Source: Cyanophyceae cyanobacterium
GTDB taxonomy: Bacteria; Cyanobacteriota; Cyanobacteriia; Cyanobacteriales; Laspinemataceae
Direction of reading: 5' to 3'
Assembly: GCA_038321985.1 (NCBI GenBank)
Contig: JBBQFN010000001.1
Coordinates: 256,001-320,000, forward strand
Length of the DNA: 64,000 nucleotides
The translations under genes were made by a program, and so were the position numbers. Under the pieces are notes generated by a model. It did no database searches and was not told the origin of the DNA. It was given only the letters and a program-made list of their open reading frames with translations. Positions within the stretch are counted from its first letter, which is position 1. Every line of letters starts with the position of its first letter. Below are positions 59,748 to 64,000 of the stretch, piece after piece.

Positions 59748-61085
59748 CTACTGGGCGGTTGAGGATTGGCGCTTTTTTAAAGGGCGGGATTTTGGGGGTG
59801 GGGTAGTAGGCAGGGTAATCGTTAAAGTTGTGCCAACCCCGACGGTGCTCTCGACTCTGATAGTGCCGGAAAGCAAGTCTAGGGACTTTTTGACGATCGC
59901 CAATCCTAAACCCGACCCTGGAACCTCGCCGACGTTACGGGCGCGATAAAAAATTTCAAACAAATGAGGGATATCCTCGGGGGGAATACCTTTACCATAA
60001 TCGCGAAAAATAAAAATTGCGTGATCATCTTCACAATCTACAAGAAAGTCAATTTGACTGCCTTCGGGAGTAAATTTGAAACAATTAGCCAGAACATTGC
60101 ACAGAATGTGTCGGAGCAATTTATTATTTATACAGACCGAGCCATATTCCCCGCTAATCTCAAAATTAATCTCACGAACACCTGGATTATAGAGGTGTTT
60201 ACATTCTTCTATCAGATTCTCACAAAATTGCTGTAAATCTAGTTGAGACGATTGCAGTGCATAAGAATCTTTGTCCCCATTAAAAATTAGAATATCATCT
60301 AAAATAAGGGTCATCTGCTTAATCGCCAACCGAATTTTATCAAAAACGGGCGTTCTTTTTGAGTGTTTTACACCTTCACTATAGCGTTCTAATAGTTGTG
60401 TGCCCAAGTGAATCGTGTTGAGGGGCGTGCGAAATTCCTGGGAAAGAATCTGGATAAATCTAGATTTGATGAGGTGTAATTCTTTTTCGACTACCAGTTC
60501 TTGGCGATTTTTTTCCGCTTCCTTTAACTCGGTAATATTGCGAATTAACCAGCGAAACCCGATGGCGCTGCCCTGGCGATCATAAATAGTAGAGACAGAA
60601 ATCACCGAGGAAAAAGACGCGCCACTGCGCGGGTGCATTTCCACTTCCCATTCCGTTAAAGATTTCAAAGTTTTAAGTTGCCCTAGCTGGGTGCGAAATG
60701 CACTCCGTTGTGGAAGCGCTACAAAACCCGCGAGGGGTTTATCGCGAAGAAATGAGTGGCGCAGGTTAAAAAGCTGTTCCGCTGCCTTATTCGCTTCTTC
60801 GATCACCCCGACGGCATTCGTCACCAAATAGGGGTCCGGTGCTTCTTCAAATAGTGTTTGATAGCGCTCACGCTCTATTTCTACTTGTTCACGAGTAGAG
60901 AGCAATTCTTGATTTTGCTCCCGTAGCTCTTCTGTAACTACGTGCAGTTCTTCTAAAGCCATTGAGAGTTGGCCGAACAGTTCTTCTAGCAAGTCGGGTG
61001 GAGGAGAGGGAAACTCCTCAACCAGTTGTTGCATCTGCTCTAAACGCACTCTAGCAATTTCAATTTGCCCGGTAAAATTTTCCAT
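59748..61085 (-). CDS. Coiled-coil-PAS histidine-kinase-like protein lacking the phospho-acceptor His
   Basis: PAS (FEEAPDPY..EANKAA), H-box LSQEFRTPL, N-box NVLANCFKF, G1 DYGKGIP, G2 GSGLGL. Confidence 0.88.
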   Translation of the reverse strand: MENFTGQIEIARVRLEQMQQLVEEFPSPPPDLLEELFGQLSMALEELHVVTEELREQNQELLSTREQVEIERERYQTLFEEAPDPYLVTNAVGVIEEANKAAEQLFNLRHSFLRDKPLAGFVALPQRSAFRTQLGQLKTLKSLTEWEVEMHPRSGASFSSVISVSTIYDRQGSAIGFRWLIRNITELKEAEKNRQELVVEKELHLIKSRFIQILSQEFRTPLNTIHLGTQLLERYSEGVKHSKRTPVFDKIRLAIKQMTLILDDILIFNGDKDSYALQSSQLDLQQFCENLIEECKHLYNPGVREINFEISGEYGSVCINNKLLRHILCNVLANCFKFTPEGSQIDFLVDCEDDHAIFIFRDYGKGIPPEDIPHLFEIFYRARNVGEVPGSGLGLAIVKKSLDLLSGTIRVESTVGVGTTLTITLPTTPPPKSRPLKKRQSSTAQ

Positions 61086-61272
61086 TTTATTTTTTATATT
61101 TTTTAAATCCTAACTTTAGGATAGGCGGTAATTGCCAATGCATCAACCCCCATGAAAAAAAAGATAAAAAATTCTAGAGGGGGTACCTCCCGACAGCAAG
61201 TTAGTCCCCTTAAAAATTTTTAAGCTAGGGGCAAAACTAAGGGTAACATTAAAAAAAATAATGCAGCCAGGG

Positions 61273-63117
61273 TTACACTTCCTTGATTAGGAGAATTACA
61301 CCATGAGGTTCTTTACTGCCATCTTTGAGTGGATTAAACTTGAAGCTATACTTAATCGAGTTTTCTTCAGGGGTCAGGCCATCAATAATCATTTCTTGAT
61401 TTTTTGAAGTTCCCTTCAAACATTGATGGAGAGGGTCTCTCAGGAGTTCCACGGGCAAACCAATATTCAGGCTAAACAGAGATTTTCCGTCTACTTCATC
61501 CGTTTTACCTCCCCAGATATTTTGGGCTGCCTTATTCCAGATTTGAACCTGCAATTGCCGGTCTACTACGATGATCGCTACGTCAAGACTGGTAATAATA
61601 GACTCTAAAAAAGCATTACATTGATCGAGTTCTATGGTTCTTCTGCCTAGTTCATCATTGATAGTTTGAAGTTCTTCATTACTTGATTGAAGCTCCTCAT
61701 TCATGTTTTCTAATTCTTCATTAGTAGCCTGGAGTTCTTCGTTGGTACTTTCTAATTCTTCATGGCTAGACTGAAGTTCTTCATTGATAGTCTCCAATTC
61801 CTCATTACTAGAATGGAGTTCTTCATTCATCGTCTCTAGTTCTTGGTTAGAACGTAGAAGTTTTTCTTGCAATTGATGATAGGGTGTGACTTCGTTAAAT
61901 GTGATACTAACTCCTAGGGGATCACCGCCATTTTCTTGTAACCCAGAGACTTCGATATCAAAATATTGAATGCTGTCATCACTCCAAGTGTGAATTACAT
62001 CGCTCAATATAATAGAGTGGCCATCTTTGTAAACCTTTTCGATGGGCGATCGCAACTCAACGGGACAGTAGGAAATTTCCAAATCCTGGAATGGCCGTCC
62101 GAGATCTACGAGTTCAATGCCAAAACGGGAGCGAGCGAGTTGATTGGCTAGCATTAGAATACCCTCGGAGTCAATGACTATCTGAGCCATGGACACCGCA
62201 TGGAAAGCTGCTTCCATTAGGCGCATATTCAAGGCCAAGCGACTGCCCAATTCCTCTTTTCTATTTTTTGTCAAGATCAATAGGCGATCGCGCAGGTCGT
62301 TGGGTTTTGCTTTCGTAAAGATGCGGTCTTGTAAATTTATGGGGCTAAAGAGTTCCGGATGAGTTATCAACATTTCGGCTTTACCCAAAAACAAAAAGCC
62401 TGTCTCTTTAAGCGCAAAATGAAAGCGAGCCAGAATCCGCTTTTGAGTTTCGGCATTAAAATACATCAGGGTATTGCGGCATACCAACAAATCGAGACGA
62501 GAAATGGGAGCATCCTGAATCAAATCATGGCGACCAAAAATCACCACCCGCCGCAGATCTCCATCAAATATAAAGCGATCGCCCACGGTTTTAAAGTATC
62601 GCTGCTGGAACTGCTCACTTATACCGGCGACGTCTGTAGCGCTATAGCTGGCACTCCGTGCCTGTGCCAACGCTTCGTCATCGACATCGGTGGCGTAAAT
62701 CTTGACCCGTCTGAGGCACTCTTCGACTCCCAGGGTTTCTGCCAATAAGATAGCCAAGGTGCAGGCTTCTTCCCCGGAGGCACAACCGGCTGTCCAGAAA
62801 CGCAGGGGTTCCTCGGGGGATTTATGTTTAATAATCTGCGGCAGGATATGCTCTACTAAATATTGCCAGGAGGTTGGATCTCGAAAAAAGCTAGTAACGT
62901 TAATTAAGATTGTATTGAAGAGGGCGGGGAATTCTTGGGGGTGACCTTTTAGGTACTCCAGATAATCTTCAAAGTTGCTAATATTATGCACTTGCATTCG
63001 CTTGAGAAATCGACGCTCAAGGGTAGAACGCTTATATCCCGCAAAATCAAAGCCCCGCGATCGGCTCAAATATTCTAGAAGTGTTGCAAAGATTAAAGTC
63101 TGTTCAGTTGCAGTCAT
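61273..63117 (-). CDS. CheR-type methyltransferase fused to PAS and NEEL coiled-coil domains
   Basis: GFDFAGYKRSTLERR, INVTSFFRD, AGCASGEE, ATDVD, CRNTLMYF, repeated NEELxSxNEEL. Start taken as MTATEQ; the ORF is open to 63324. Confidence 0.9.
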   Translation of the reverse strand: MTATEQTLIFATLLEYLSRSRGFDFAGYKRSTLERRFLKRMQVHNISNFEDYLEYLKGHPQEFPALFNTILINVTSFFRDPTSWQYLVEHILPQIIKHKSPEEPLRFWTAGCASGEEACTLAILLAETLGVEECLRRVKIYATDVDDEALAQARSASYSATDVAGISEQFQQRYFKTVGDRFIFDGDLRRVVIFGRHDLIQDAPISRLDLLVCRNTLMYFNAETQKRILARFHFALKETGFLFLGKAEMLITHPELFSPINLQDRIFTKAKPNDLRDRLLILTKNRKEELGSRLALNMRLMEAAFHAVSMAQIVIDSEGILMLANQLARSRFGIELVDLGRPFQDLEISYCPVELRSPIEKVYKDGHSIILSDVIHTWSDDSIQYFDIEVSGLQENGGDPLGVSITFNEVTPYHQLQEKLLRSNQELETMNEELHSSNEELETINEELQSSHEELESTNEELQATNEELENMNEELQSSNEELQTINDELGRRTIELDQCNAFLESIITSLDVAIIVVDRQLQVQIWNKAAQNIWGGKTDEVDGKSLFSLNIGLPVELLRDPLHQCLKGTSKNQEMIIDGLTPEENSIKYSFKFNPLKDGSKEPHGVILLIKEV

Positions 63118-63672
63118 GATTGATGGCGGCGAATTTAGGGTACGGGATAAGGCAACCAGCTCAGGGAAGCCAGCAATACAGTCCAGACTTTCTCTTTTAC
63201 CATAAAAGTTAATGGCATAATCGTAGATCTGCCCGATTGGTGCGGATTTTTCTTTTGCTCTTGTTTGCCTGAGTTCGCTAGACTGGAGGGTAAAATCTCT
63301 AAAGGCAAACAAGACTGTATTCAAATGAAGGATTCAGAAGGTACCTAGTGATAAAGGGTATAGAACAGTCCCGCGCTAGGTTCCAGCATCCTCATTGTGA
63401 GGCACTATACTTTTGTAGAGAAAGGGTGAGCGCTAGAATATCAGCAGCCTTTAGGTTAAAAAACGGCGATCGCAATGATGTTGGGGGGGAATATTTTGGG
63501 GTCAGATCATTTATTAACGCCCACATTTAAAGTGGGTGTTGAATTAATAGGAATTTAAGCGGGTTAAGTGACTCCTGTACACCACCCTAATCATATCCCA
63601 ATTTAGCCTTTTTACACAGGGAGGATTTTATCCTTTAAAATTTAAGAGATAAACCCTCAAATTCCAAAAGCA

Positions 63673-63933
63673 ATGTCGAAAGAATTCGCCCTAGGCGATC
63701 TCGTGCGGGTTATCGCCTTACCCGCCTACCTCAAAACCGCTGAATCAATGCCCATGCTTCGTCCACCCAATGCAGTCGGCCTCGGAGAAGAAGGGACAAT
63801 CCTCGATCACAAACCCGGGGGATATTGGAGCGTCCGCTTTAAAAAAGGGGCGTTTCTAATGGAAAGTCACTATATCGAAGCCGTACAGGATACCCGTAAA
63901 AATTCTGAAGAAGGAACCGCCGAAAACGAATGA
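63673..63933 (+). CDS. sipA: Regulatory protein SipA (DUF3148, SH3-like NblS/Hik33 interactor)
   Basis: LPAYLKTAESMPMLRPP..GEEGTILD.KPGGYWSVRF..GAFL. Confidence 0.88.
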   Translation: MSKEFALGDLVRVIALPAYLKTAESMPMLRPPNAVGLGEEGTILDHKPGGYWSVRFKKGAFLMESHYIEAVQDTRKNSEEGTAENE

Positions 63934-64000
63934 GTACCCGTTCAGCTTGCTTAATTTTTAATCCTTGTTCCGGGAACGGCAATCCCGAGACAGAACTGAA

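Noticed and set aside
61660..61860. 21-bp-period quasi-repeat
   Set aside because: It encodes the NEEL coiled-coil heptads of the CheR protein and is not an independent DNA element.
63118..63324. In-frame 69-aa N-terminal extension of CheR as a possible cheB remnant
   Set aside because: No CheB motifs (GxSAGG, H, D) are recognisable; likely an open upstream frame.

Overview
Chromosomal window of a filamentous cyanobacterium (Oscillatoriales-like). The HIP1 octamer GCGATCGC is very frequent, and heptamer tandem repeats and several families of short intergenic palindromes occur. Core genes: crtD, chlM, mgsA, nagA, purE, amt with an NtcA box, ispH, miaB, the rubA-ycf48-psbEFLJ operon divergent from ndhCKJ, cbiX behind a cobalamin riboswitch, and sipA. 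Accessory content: a TPR/GT41 glycosyltransferase next to a CorA-like two-TM protein; a PEP-CTERM/VIT/vWA membrane protein; a NACHT NTPase with a degenerate Walker B; a toxin-antitoxin decay hotspot (27.4-29.7 kb); a seven-gene DUF4129-DUF4350-MoxR-DUF58-SpoIIM-membrane-RDD cluster lying between tldD and its tldE/pmbA partner; a PAS-GAF-GGDEF-EAL protein; and CheR-PAS paired with a histidine kinase whose phospho-His is replaced by Gln. The most unusual non-coding signal is a structured leader upstream of a GNAT acetyltransferase, with mutually exclusive pairings and an Arg-rich uORF, which looks like an undescribed attenuator. No rRNA, tRNA, CRISPR array or intact transposase was seen. All family assignments are by motif recognition from memory; no database search was run.
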